DNA of 64,000 bases from Candidatus Poribacteria bacterium. Lineage in GTDB: Bacteria; Poribacteria; WGA-4E; PCPOR2b. The translations under genes were made by a program, and so were the position numbers. Position 1 is the first letter of the stretch, and each line of letters starts with the position of its first letter. Shown in pieces: positions 10,156 to 19,197 of the stretch. The notes under the pieces were generated by a model that was not told the DNA's origin, ran no database searches, and saw nothing but the letters and a program-made list of their open reading frames with translations. The stretch covers positions 256,001 to 320,000 of the forward strand of contig OZ242326.1 of the NCBI GenBank assembly GCA_965208325.1. The letters run 5' to 3'.

Positions 10156-11616
10156 TCATAGTGCTGTCTCCCTTTTGGCAATGTTAACTACGGTGGGAAG
10201 CAGGCCGTAGATTATCCAGAAGGGTACCCCAATTCTATCTCCGTTCAACAGGTTGTTGACGGTAAAATGTACAAGCAGTGATAATTCCGCTGTCATCAGG
10301 CCAATGATAACGAATCGATAAAATCCATCGTCAATACCCGATAGTGCACGCAGTCCAAAGCTGAAGAAAGCGAAAATCACCCACATCCAAACCGCAAATC
10401 CCACAATACCCAACTCCGCTAGAACTTGTAGATATTCGCTGTGCGCCCCTAACCGGTATTGCGCCACAAACTCTCCGATGAGAGACACGTTGGGTTCATA
10501 GATCATGGCAAATGCTCCGTATCCATTCCCAATGATGGGACTCTGCAGAAACATGATGATCGCTTGACCCCAACGCAGCAGACGCGACTGATTGGAGGCA
10601 AACTCTAAACTGAATGCGGTTGAGATTCGATTAAACACCACATTGGAAACTCCGGGCACGGAAAAAATAAAAAGTAAAATCCCGCCAACCAATACCACAA
10701 AAAGAATTCTTTTGTGTTGCTCACCGGTCAACATCAGCAGAAAAGTGACTGCGGCAATCGCGGACAGCCATACACCTCGAGAGAAACACATCATGAGTCC
10801 CACACCGAAGACTATAAACATGACGGTCCACAGCACTCGATCGTAGTGGGTGCGATCGAGTAGCAATCGGCTAAGCACGATTAAAAAGAAGATTGCCGTG
10901 AACGATCCGTAAACAGAGTAGTTCGTAAACGGGGATCCTCGATATGCAGAAGTCCACTGCCACTCATCGATATTGTAGATTAAAACCACTGCTGTCCAGA
11001 TAACTGCAATCAATGCGGATGGGAAGGCGGCAACGAAAAGCCTTCGCAAATCGCGGCGGTTCTTAATCAACTCATAAGCTAAGAAACACGACATTATGTA
11101 AACAGCCGCTCGAAATGCACCCTTCGCTGAGACAAAGAGTTGGGGTGCGTTGAATATCGGCAGAAAGTGTACGAAAATATAAATGCACACCGGAACGCGG
11201 AATGGAAATCGTCCATCCGTCGTATCGTCCCTTTCGCGCACTTTCGCACGCATCACTCGGTCAACAACCTTTCGAATGAAAAAGGCAAACACAAGCATTC
11301 CCAATAGCGGTTCGGTGGGCGTCTGGACTTCGGCTTCAGCTGGCAGGATGTATCTGCGTGAGAAAGGCAAACAGAGGAGCAGGGCGTAAAGCGAGAAATC
11401 CATCGACAAAAACACCAAAAACCCTACGATTGCTAGACCGAGCAAGATGACAATCGGCGACTCGGCGAAAATTGCGAATGCTGCACCCAGCAGAATACAC
11501 GCGATTCCATAGGCGGCTAGGTAAACATGATGATTCAGATATTTTGAATAATGGGTTAGGTCTGTTTGCATAAAAAATATGCTGAAGGATGGCAACCCAC
11601 AACATCGGCAAAGCAC
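10156..11616 (-). CDS. O-antigen ligase / Wzy_C family membrane protein
   Basis: About 12 TM segments; FSRGVW, SNQSRL, PIIGNGYG, AHSEYLQVLAELGIVG motifs; start uncertain (possibly 11571). Confidence 0.85.
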   Translation of the reverse strand: MLCRCCGLPSFSIFFMQTDLTHYSKYLNHHVYLAAYGIACILLGAAFAIFAESPIVILLGLAIVGFLVFLSMDFSLYALLLCLPFSRRYILPAEAEVQTPTEPLLGMLVFAFFIRKVVDRVMRAKVRERDDTTDGRFPFRVPVCIYIFVHFLPIFNAPQLFVSAKGAFRAAVYIMSCFLAYELIKNRRDLRRLFVAAFPSALIAVIWTAVVLIYNIDEWQWTSAYRGSPFTNYSVYGSFTAIFFLIVLSRLLLDRTHYDRVLWTVMFIVFGVGLMMCFSRGVWLSAIAAVTFLLMLTGEQHKRILFVVLVGGILLFIFSVPGVSNVVFNRISTAFSLEFASNQSRLLRWGQAIIMFLQSPIIGNGYGAFAMIYEPNVSLIGEFVAQYRLGAHSEYLQVLAELGIVGFAVWMWVIFAFFSFGLRALSGIDDGFYRFVIIGLMTAELSLLVHFTVNNLLNGDRIGVPFWIIYGLLPTVVNIAKRETAL

Positions 11617-11765
11617 ACGCCTATGGTCTAGCGAGTCAGCCTGCCGAATCTGTGAGATAATCCTGAAGTGATTGGTGGGAACTGGCGTGAAGCCGAGAAT
11701 GTGAATTGCTAACCGCTTGAGGCGAGATTTTGACCATTAGGTGTTCCGCACAGGACTAGCTATCT

Positions 11766-12494
11766 CTATTCAATCTTTAGCGCTCCCCATGCCGTCGCCA
11801 GATTGTCTTTGGGTTGCACCGCAATTTCAATCTCTTCGGTTGCAACATCGTAGCTGACGAGTTCAAACGTGACATCTCTTCTATCAATCGTTTTCACGAT
11901 ACCCACATTGGGAGCCAACCACATCGTCATATCCACTTCGACGTTTCCAATTAATACAACGTTCGTGACTGTCTGCTCGATTTTAAGCGAATTTGGGAAG
12001 CTTCCCGCCGGAACGGTGACATCGTCAATAGCAACGACTTCCGACTCTATGATGCTTTGAATTGTGCCGAGAAGCGGAACCGAGGCTTCACCCTCAATAG
12101 TCCACTTCGTGCCGAGATCCAATGGATTGGGTAAATAATCCTGCGGTGGCGTAATGTCATAAACCACCTCACCTATCAGAGGAACCTCCGCTACCAACCG
12201 GTACAATTTAATCCCATCCGTTTCCGTTTTAATATACAGTTTACTCAAATCTTCCGGTGACTGATCCATTATTATTCTGAGTTCCTCGCCGTTGACGATT
12301 TCGGGACCTTCAATCGTCACGATTTTCTCTTCAACACCGTCGGTGCTGCGTAAACGCCATGTATTTCCAAATTCATCCGGATAATAGTTTTGGGCATAGC
12401 ATTGTGGCGGGAAGTCAAATACACCCGAAATACAGATGGCGCAGACGACTGCGTAAACTAGCCGAAGCAACATTTTATCTATCTTGATATTCAT
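11766..12494 (-). CDS. Secreted beta-rich protein with C-terminal AVQPKDNLATAWGALK tag
   Basis: Signal peptide; VTVPAGSF and WLAPNVGIVK motifs (DUF3108/TapB-like); short terminal tag. Confidence 0.7.
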   Translation of the reverse strand: MNIKIDKMLLRLVYAVVCAICISGVFDFPPQCYAQNYYPDEFGNTWRLRSTDGVEEKIVTIEGPEIVNGEELRIIMDQSPEDLSKLYIKTETDGIKLYRLVAEVPLIGEVVYDITPPQDYLPNPLDLGTKWTIEGEASVPLLGTIQSIIESEVVAIDDVTVPAGSFPNSLKIEQTVTNVVLIGNVEVDMTMWLAPNVGIVKTIDRRDVTFELVSYDVATEEIEIAVQPKDNLATAWGALKIE

Positions 12495-12524
12495 AAAATC
12501 ACTCCTATTCGTTAAAAATTGGAC

Positions 12525-13547
12525 TTACAAATGAACCTCGACATGGTGTAACTGCCAGAAGATGATTCTCCAATACGAAGACTCCTTGCTAAAATCCATG
12601 CGGCAATCAGCAGAGAGACGGCCCATGTCAAGTTGAGGTTCTTTCTGTGAAATAACATCAAGCATAAGCCGCGTGGATACCTCCCGGGCGTGAGCTGCAT
12701 TTACATGAATATCGTGGAATTGAAATTCAAGCACGCTATATTTTTGAAACAGTTCGGTTACGAGAGGAATAACATGTTCATAATCTGCAGGAATGCTTCC
12801 AGACTCCACACCGAAGCGCGTGATAGGATCGTCCGCGGCTCGGTAGGATTCCGAGAATTGGTTCTGGATGATTTCAAGATTGTTAACATCCGTTGATGCA
12901 ATCATCGCTGAAAACCCGTTGAGAAATTCGCCAATCTCCGCTTCGGTGTTGGTCAACGGTCTCAGCGGAATCTTTAGCACCGTGCGTTCAACGTCTAGGG
13001 TGAAAGTGTGCGTACTCCCTTGGTAATCTGCATCGCTGGCAGTCAACATTAAGCCTTCCGAGTACGGAATGTGAATAAAATTGTACCGCCCATTGCTATC
13101 CGTTGTTACCAACTGATCCAATAAACCGACAGTTACACCTGGGACGGGGTTTCCTGTTCTTGTATCAGTAACTATGCCGGAAACTGCGCCGAATAACCGC
13201 TCTAAAGAAACATCCAGCGTGAGATTTTCGGCATTGAAGGAGAAGCCCCGCACTTCTGTGTCGTAGTGCTTTGCTTCGACCGTGAGATTTAAGGAGTCTG
13301 AATGCTGAATGTGCGTGAACACATACCTTCCGTCACTGTCGGCTTCCACACGCTGGTCCAACAGGGACACCCTCGCCCCGGGGATAGAATCGCCCGTTGC
13401 CGCATCGCTGATGATACCCGACACATTGCCAAATCCCGTGGTTTCTGGCGGCTGAATTTCAGGAACCGGTGAGTTTTCGCTGCACCCAACGTAAGCAACC
13501 GTCAAGCTGAGTATGGTGAGAAGCCGGTAAGTGTTCTTAATTTTCAT
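12525..13547 (-). CDS. Lipoprotein with two carboxypeptidase-regulatory-like domains
   Basis: Lipobox YVGC after MKIK; two repeats of G.VSGI..D..TG..PG..V.LLDQ....DS.GRY.F; GAGG RBS. Confidence 0.8.
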   Translation of the reverse strand: MKIKNTYRLLTILSLTVAYVGCSENSPVPEIQPPETTGFGNVSGIISDAATGDSIPGARVSLLDQRVEADSDGRYVFTHIQHSDSLNLTVEAKHYDTEVRGFSFNAENLTLDVSLERLFGAVSGIVTDTRTGNPVPGVTVGLLDQLVTTDSNGRYNFIHIPYSEGLMLTASDADYQGSTHTFTLDVERTVLKIPLRPLTNTEAEIGEFLNGFSAMIASTDVNNLEIIQNQFSESYRAADDPITRFGVESGSIPADYEHVIPLVTELFQKYSVLEFQFHDIHVNAAHAREVSTRLMLDVISQKEPQLDMGRLSADCRMDFSKESSYWRIIFWQLHHVEVHL

Positions 13548-13612
13548 GCTCACCTCTACATCAGCGGCGGGAAACCGAATCACTGTCGTCCGGTGAGATT
13601 CCATGGTGAATG

Positions 13613-14755
13613 CTATCCTGCAGCGATGCCAACCGACGCAACTTGTGACCCGCGAATGGCTTCGCAGAGGTAGCTTATGCCTTCCGGAATGTCATCAACA
13701 TGGCAATAGGCGTAAGCGAGGCGGATACACTTGATGGGAAGGCTTTGATAGTGGAACGCACTGCCGTGCGAGAAACCGACCTTTTTCTCCGCTGCAAGCA
13801 TGTCTAGAATGTCCATTTCCGTTGTTTCTGGTAGATGTATCCAGAGAAACAGCCCGCCTCGGGGTTTCGTCCAAGTACAGATGTCGCTGACATGGCTCGC
13901 AAGTGTTTCGATGACGGCGCGGCACTTTGCTCTTACGGCGGCATTGGTAACAGCGAGATGCTCGTCAAGGTGTTTCTTGAAAAAGCTCGCCACAATTGCG
14001 CTCGCCAACGCGCTTGTGCCCGCATCCCAACGGTTCTCATGAATCATACGGTGATACGGCGGCCTGGCAACGAAATATCCCTGGCGTACGCCCGCGCCGA
14101 GTATTTTTGAAAACGTCCCAACAAAAATGACGCGGTTCGCACGGTCTAGTTTGAATAGCGAATCTGGTGTTGGGTTCGGCACAAAATCAATGTCGCCGTA
14201 ACAATCATCCTCAACAATCAGGAGGTCATACTCATTCGCCAACGCTAGTAGGTGTTTACGGCGATCCAGCGAAAGAATTGCGCTCGTAGGGTTTTGATGA
14301 TTTGGCGTGGTATAGATTATCTTGGGATGGATGTGCTGCGTTCTTAAATCTTTAAGGATTCCCTCAAGTGCATCAATGTCCATACCGTCACTGTAGTCCA
14401 TCGGCACACCGACTAGATTAGCATTTAGGTGCCGCAAAAGACCAAGCGTTCCACTGTAGGTTAGCTCTTCCGTAAGAACAGTGTCTCCCGGATTCAAGAA
14501 GGTCCCCAACACAAGATCCAGTGCCTGCATGGAACCGGACGTAATCGAGATGTAATCAATAGGCAGCGGTATGTCCTCTCGCCTTTCAAAGCGCATTGAA
14601 GCTAACTCGCGCATGCCGAGAAACCCATTGTCGCCAGGATAGTTGACGAGACTGCCGCCTAACTCGCGCAGCGCTTCAGCACTCGCTTCAATCAAACCAT
14701 CCGTTGGAAATGTGTACGGGTCGGGGCGGCCGCCAGTGAACGCAAAGTTTTTCAT
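13613..14755 (-). CDS. PLP-dependent class I/II aminotransferase (LysN/MocR-like, no HTH)
   Basis: TSGSMQALD, HQNPT, IVEDDCY, GTFSKILGAGVRQG, PRGGLFLW. Confidence 0.9.
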   Translation of the reverse strand: MKNFAFTGGRPDPYTFPTDGLIEASAEALRELGGSLVNYPGDNGFLGMRELASMRFERREDIPLPIDYISITSGSMQALDLVLGTFLNPGDTVLTEELTYSGTLGLLRHLNANLVGVPMDYSDGMDIDALEGILKDLRTQHIHPKIIYTTPNHQNPTSAILSLDRRKHLLALANEYDLLIVEDDCYGDIDFVPNPTPDSLFKLDRANRVIFVGTFSKILGAGVRQGYFVARPPYHRMIHENRWDAGTSALASAIVASFFKKHLDEHLAVTNAAVRAKCRAVIETLASHVSDICTWTKPRGGLFLWIHLPETTEMDILDMLAAEKKVGFSHGSAFHYQSLPIKCIRLAYAYCHVDDIPEGISYLCEAIRGSQVASVGIAAG

Positions 14756-15039
14756 ACCAGTTCCCTCCGTTCAAAAGTTCGCCGTTTACTTGGAGTTCAG
14801 CGTTGAATGTAGGCAACATCGCAATTATATCACATTACACACCAAAATCCTATGCCAAATGATTTAACAGTTCACAGACAACCTTTCGATACAAAATATA
14901 AAATCACGGATTTCCGTGACGCGACAAATTTCAGGCGATCTTTATGGATTGCTTTAAGTGAAATTTTCATGTTATAATTACCGTGAACGTTCTTCCACCG
15001 CATTAGATAATCTTGCCCCGATAAAGAAGGAGCTCTTGA

Positions 15040-15498
15040 ATGGCATACTATATTACAGACGAATGTATTGGGTGCATGGCGTGTCTGACGAATTGTCCCG
15101 TTGATGCAATTACCGGCGAACGTAATAAACTGCATGACATAGATGCGGATATCTGTATTGATTGCAGTGCTTGCGGAATGGTTTGCCCTGTTGAAGCAAT
15201 TCGAGATCAATACGGGAATGTTTGCAAGTTCATTAGGCGCCCAACCAACCGACCGATCGCTGTAATTTATGAAGAACTCTGCTCAGGTTGTGATTTCTGC
15301 GTGCACATTTGTCCGTGGGAATGCCTTGAACTCCTAGATCCGGCAACAGGGGAACATGCTGAAAGTTTCTTTGGCATTTGCGAGCTTGTCAAACCCAAGG
15401 ATTGCACCGGCTGTAAGCTGTGTGAAGAAGTGTGCATTAAGGATGCAATCCGCGTTGAGTCGCCGGTTTTGACTCAGTTGGAGGAAGCGGCGGATTGA
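15040..15498 (+). CDS. Polyferredoxin with four [4Fe-4S] motifs
   Basis: Four CxxCxxCxxxC motifs; GGAG RBS. Confidence 0.9.
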   Translation: MAYYITDECIGCMACLTNCPVDAITGERNKLHDIDADICIDCSACGMVCPVEAIRDQYGNVCKFIRRPTNRPIAVIYEELCSGCDFCVHICPWECLELLDPATGEHAESFFGICELVKPKDCTGCKLCEEVCIKDAIRVESPVLTQLEEAAD

Positions 15499-15501
15499 TC
15501 G

Positions 15502-16386
15502 ATGATAAAAAGCATGACGGGTTACAGCCGATTTTCATCTGAAACCCGGTTCGGTGCATTGACAATTGAACTGAAAGCTTGGAACCATCGATATTGCAAC
15601 GTTACTGTTCGCTCACCCAACTCCCTCTCCCAATTTGAACATCGCATACAAAATCTGATAAAGCACCAAGTCTCCAGAGGACAAATCCAAGTTTCAATCG
15701 AGTTAGTTAAGACTAGCTCATCTTCGGCTGGCAGTCTCATTCTTGATTTGGCGTTAGCGAAGCAGTATTACCAGAAACTTGTGCGGCTGCAAAACGAATT
15801 GGAATTGAGTAGCGATATTTCAGTGAGTCTTTTGGCGGGTCTCCCCGGTGTCTTTGTCCTTCAGGAACCGGCCGTAGCCGAAGAAGAGACATGGGCTGAA
15901 CTAAAATCCATACTAGAAACCGCTTTGGATCAACTAAATGTAGCGAGGCAAACCGAAGGCAATGCGATGTGCGAAGCCTTAAGCCAACATCTCGGTTCGG
16001 TGCGTTCATTAGCAAAGGAAGTCCAATCCTGCAGTGAGGGTATAATGCAGGAGGTTCAGGAAAAACTGGAAACTCGCTTGAATGAACTGCTGTCGAACCG
16101 CATTGAGATTGATCCGGATCGGATAGTGATGGAAGCCGGTCTAGTTGCTTCCCGATCAGACATCTCCGAAGAACTGGTCAGACTTGATAGCCATTGCAAG
16201 CAGTTTGAACAAACTCTACAGGTGAGCGAACCAGTCGGTCGGCGTTTAGATTTTTTGAGCCAAGAGATGAATCGTGAGGTGAATACCATCGCCTCTAAAA
16301 CCGCATCGCGGGCTGCGTCATCCCTCTGTGTCTCGCTCAAAGCCGAGATTGAAAAAATTCGGGAGTTGGTTCAGAATGTGGAGTGA
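15502..16386 (+). CDS. yicC: YicC/YloC family endoribonuclease
   Basis: MIKSMTGY, NHRY, DISEELVRLDSH, GRRLDFLSQEMNREVNTIASK, EKIRELVQNVE. Confidence 0.93.
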   Translation: MIKSMTGYSRFSSETRFGALTIELKAWNHRYCNVTVRSPNSLSQFEHRIQNLIKHQVSRGQIQVSIELVKTSSSSAGSLILDLALAKQYYQKLVRLQNELELSSDISVSLLAGLPGVFVLQEPAVAEEETWAELKSILETALDQLNVARQTEGNAMCEALSQHLGSVRSLAKEVQSCSEGIMQEVQEKLETRLNELLSNRIEIDPDRIVMEAGLVASRSDISEELVRLDSHCKQFEQTLQVSEPVGRRLDFLSQEMNREVNTIASKTASRAASSLCVSLKAEIEKIRELVQNVE

Positions 16387-17020
16387 ACAGATTTCCCGCC
16401 AGGGCTTACTCATCGTTATATCGGGACCTTCTGGATCCGGCAAAACTAGTGTTGTCAAAGCGCTCTGTCAAGCCGATCCGGCGTTGACGCACTCTACCTC
16501 CGCAACAACCCGCCCGCCTCGACCCGACGAAGTTAATGGGGTCAACTATCATTTTTTGTCCTCCTCCGAATTTGATGAGTTAGTCAAGCAGGATGGCTTT
16601 CTTGAATCGGCAAAATATGGCAACCATTACTACGGCACCTTAAGATCGGAAGTTGAGCCCAAGTTAAGGGAAGGCAAAAATGTTGTCGTAGAAATTGATG
16701 TTCATGGAGGCATGCAGGTCAAGGAACTTCCTTTAAAACACGTGTGCATCTTTATATTGCCGCCAACATTTACTGTGTTGGAAAAACGGCTTCGCGGTCG
16801 AAAAACCGAGTCCGATCCGGAACTACAGCAACGCTTGCAGAGAGCGCAATCAGAGATTGTGTACATGAAAAACTACGATTTTTACGTCGTCAACTTGGAA
16901 AACAGCATAGACCAAGCTGTCAAAAACATCCGTGCCATCATCACCGCCGAGCACAGCCGAATTGACGATCAGCTTTTCAATGCAATTTCTCAAGAGTTTT
17001 CCCCATCTCGTGCTTCGTAG
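16376..17020 (+). CDS. gmk: Guanylate kinase
   Basis: SGPSGSGKT, SATTRPPRPDEVNGVNYHF, YYGT, EIDVHG; usual yicC-gmk synteny; start ATG 16376 inferred. Confidence 0.95.
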   Translation: MWSEQISRQGLLIVISGPSGSGKTSVVKALCQADPALTHSTSATTRPPRPDEVNGVNYHFLSSSEFDELVKQDGFLESAKYGNHYYGTLRSEVEPKLREGKNVVVEIDVHGGMQVKELPLKHVCIFILPPTFTVLEKRLRGRKTESDPELQQRLQRAQSEIVYMKNYDFYVVNLENSIDQAVKNIRAIITAEHSRIDDQLFNAISQEFSPSRAS

Positions 17021-17083
17021 TCAATTTTTGAAATTCAACGGGATATCGCGCATCAAGAGGAATTCCATTCACAAAGAAATCAG

Positions 17084-17890
17084 ATGAACACTTCACCGAA
17101 GCCAAATTCCCGCTCCGGCGATCCTGAATCTCAACAGTCGGCGCATCGGACTGGAAAACAGCGTGCGCAGTCGCAGACGGAGGAAGAACTACATCATAGC
17201 CGCCTCGCCGAGAATCGGGACATTGGGAGAAAGCGTACGATAAAACGTGTAACAGCTTGGGTTGGCTTGATTCTCGGGCTAATTTTTTTGGTATTCGGCC
17301 TGATTTTCGTCACAGACAACCCCGAACTGGAAACATCGCCGGAAGGACTTCATGTAGTGCCGGCCTCCGAATGGGTCCTAGGCAATCTCGACGCCGCGGT
17401 CACTTTAGTAAAATATAGCGATTATCAGTGCGATCGGTGCGCATACTATCACTTGATTGTGACGAAGCTCGTGGAGGAGTTGGACGGACAGTTTCGGTTC
17501 AATTTTCGCCACTTTCCGCTGCGTAACCATGCAAATGCCAAAGCGGCAGCGACAGCGGCGGAAGCCGCAGGCCGCCAAGGGAAGTTCTGGGAAATGCATG
17601 ATTTGCTGTTTTCCCAACAGGAGCATTGGGGGTGGAAAGCGCAGTCCGAAGCGTACGAGATTTTTTTGCAATTTGCGGTCTCGCTCAATTTAGATATAAA
17701 CCAATTTCAAGAAGATTTTATATCGACGGAGATTTCGGACAAGATCGCCAATGACTATTTGGATGGCCGCCGCGCAGGTGTGCGGTCAACACCAACCTTT
17801 TTCTTGAATGGCGAGAAAATCATGAATAAACCGCCGACATATGAGGGATTTAAAGCGCTTATTCTCGAATCAAAATCTGAACTCGATTGA
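17084..17890 (+). CDS. Membrane-anchored DsbA-family thiol-disulfide oxidoreductase
   Basis: TM anchor, YSDYQCDRC, FRHFPL, AAEAAGRQGKFWEMHDLLF, GVRSTPTFFLNG. Confidence 0.9.
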   Translation: MNTSPKPNSRSGDPESQQSAHRTGKQRAQSQTEEELHHSRLAENRDIGRKRTIKRVTAWVGLILGLIFLVFGLIFVTDNPELETSPEGLHVVPASEWVLGNLDAAVTLVKYSDYQCDRCAYYHLIVTKLVEELDGQFRFNFRHFPLRNHANAKAAATAAEAAGRQGKFWEMHDLLFSQQEHWGWKAQSEAYEIFLQFAVSLNLDINQFQEDFISTEISDKIANDYLDGRRAGVRSTPTFFLNGEKIMNKPPTYEGFKALILESKSELD

Positions 17891-18317
17891 ATGGATAACG
17901 GTGGGCTGGTTGACCGTTGGTCTGATTGGCTTTGTAGACGCCACATATCTCACCATTCAACATTATCGCGGCGCGTCACTGGACTGCTACCTTCTGAGAG
18001 GATGCGAGGAGGTTACCACTAGCCGATATGCTACAATTGGCTCTATTTCGATTGCCTTACTGGGTGCACTATACTACTTGTCAGTCATTTTGTTATCCGC
18101 GGCGTATCTAGATACCAAACGCAACTGGTTGTTAACAATCATCTCCTCCTTAACAACTGTGGGCTTTTTGGTGTCGATTTTCCTAGTTTACCTGCAAATC
18201 TTTGTCATCCGCGCCCTCTGCTCGCATTGCCTACTCTCGGCGTTTGTAGCCGCTGCACTTTTTGTATTGGCTGTGATTCTCGCAAGAATCTCTGGAAAAC
18301 CGACAGTTAGTTCGTAG
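17841..18317 (+). CDS. Vitamin K epoxide reductase (VKOR) family protein
   Basis: Loop Cys pair CYLLRGCEEVTTSRYA, active-site CSHC, four TM helices. Confidence 0.88.
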   Translation: MRDLKRLFSNQNLNSIEWITVGWLTVGLIGFVDATYLTIQHYRGASLDCYLLRGCEEVTTSRYATIGSISIALLGALYYLSVILLSAAYLDTKRNWLLTIISSLTTVGFLVSIFLVYLQIFVIRALCSHCLLSAFVAAALFVLAVILARISGKPTVSS

Positions 18318-18372
18318 TTGTTTTGCGTCAAATGAAAAAGGAAAAGATGTCAATCACATCAATTAAAAACCG

Positions 18373-18876
18373 ATGCGCAAGGCAAATCCCTTTGGAGTAA
18401 TTGACGTGTTAGAGCTGCACCGTGAAACACTAAATCAAATCCACGACCACGCCAAAAGGGAATTCCCCTACGAATGCTGCGGTATTATCTTGAGCGGCGG
18501 AAATCAGGAGTTTGTGAGAGTGTGCAGGAATATTCAAAACCAGCGCCATGCCGAAGATCCGGAAACATATACACGCGATGCGCGTACAGCATATCTGATG
18601 GATCCAAACGATCAGATGAGTGTCTATAAAGAGTCTGAAACCGAAAACCGGCCCATCAAGGCATTCTATCACTCTCACCCCGACCACGATGCGTACTTTT
18701 CTGATAAAGATAAAGAAGACGCGACAGCGTGGGGCGAACCGACATATCCCAATGCGGCTTACATCGTAATATCCGTCTACAATCGGGTGATTAAGGCCAC
18801 GCGAGCTTACGCTTGGTGTGTAGCAGAGACGGATTTCGTCGAGGCGCCGATAATCGTGAAGCATCGGTTGGAATAG
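18373..18876 (+). CDS. JAB/MPN+ (M67) metallopeptidase, Mec/HcyD-like
   Basis: PYECCG and JAMM motif YHSHPDHDAYFSDKD. Confidence 0.9.
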   Translation: MRKANPFGVIDVLELHRETLNQIHDHAKREFPYECCGIILSGGNQEFVRVCRNIQNQRHAEDPETYTRDARTAYLMDPNDQMSVYKESETENRPIKAFYHSHPDHDAYFSDKDKEDATAWGEPTYPNAAYIVISVYNRVIKATRAYAWCVAETDFVEAPIIVKHRLE

Positions 18877-18916
18877 CGGTGAATTTAACTCATCATTTTC
18901 GGCAGGGACTGTACAT

Positions 18917-19156
18917 ATGGCAAATTTAAGAGTGCGCTTGACTTTTCCGCCGGAGCGCGTCACCGAGCCTGTAGTCTACAACATCGGGCATCAATACAAT
19001 GTTGTCACCAACATCCGGCGTGCTAACGTCACGGCTGACGAAGGGTGGATTATTTTGGAATTGATCGGCGACACGGACGAACTTGAACGGGTGGTCGATC
19101 ATCTCAGATACATTAGAGTACAAGTCGAGCCGGTCGAAGGTGACGTAGTCTTGTAA
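18917..19156 (+). CDS. Stand-alone NIL-domain protein
   Basis: RVRLTFP...EPVVY...NIRRANV...GWIILEL...PVEGDVV. Confidence 0.85.
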   Translation: MANLRVRLTFPPERVTEPVVYNIGHQYNVVTNIRRANVTADEGWIILELIGDTDELERVVDHLRYIRVQVEPVEGDVVL

Positions 19157-19197
19157 CTGTTTTGTTAAAGGCGCGCCGCCCCGGTCGTGGCGTCTTG

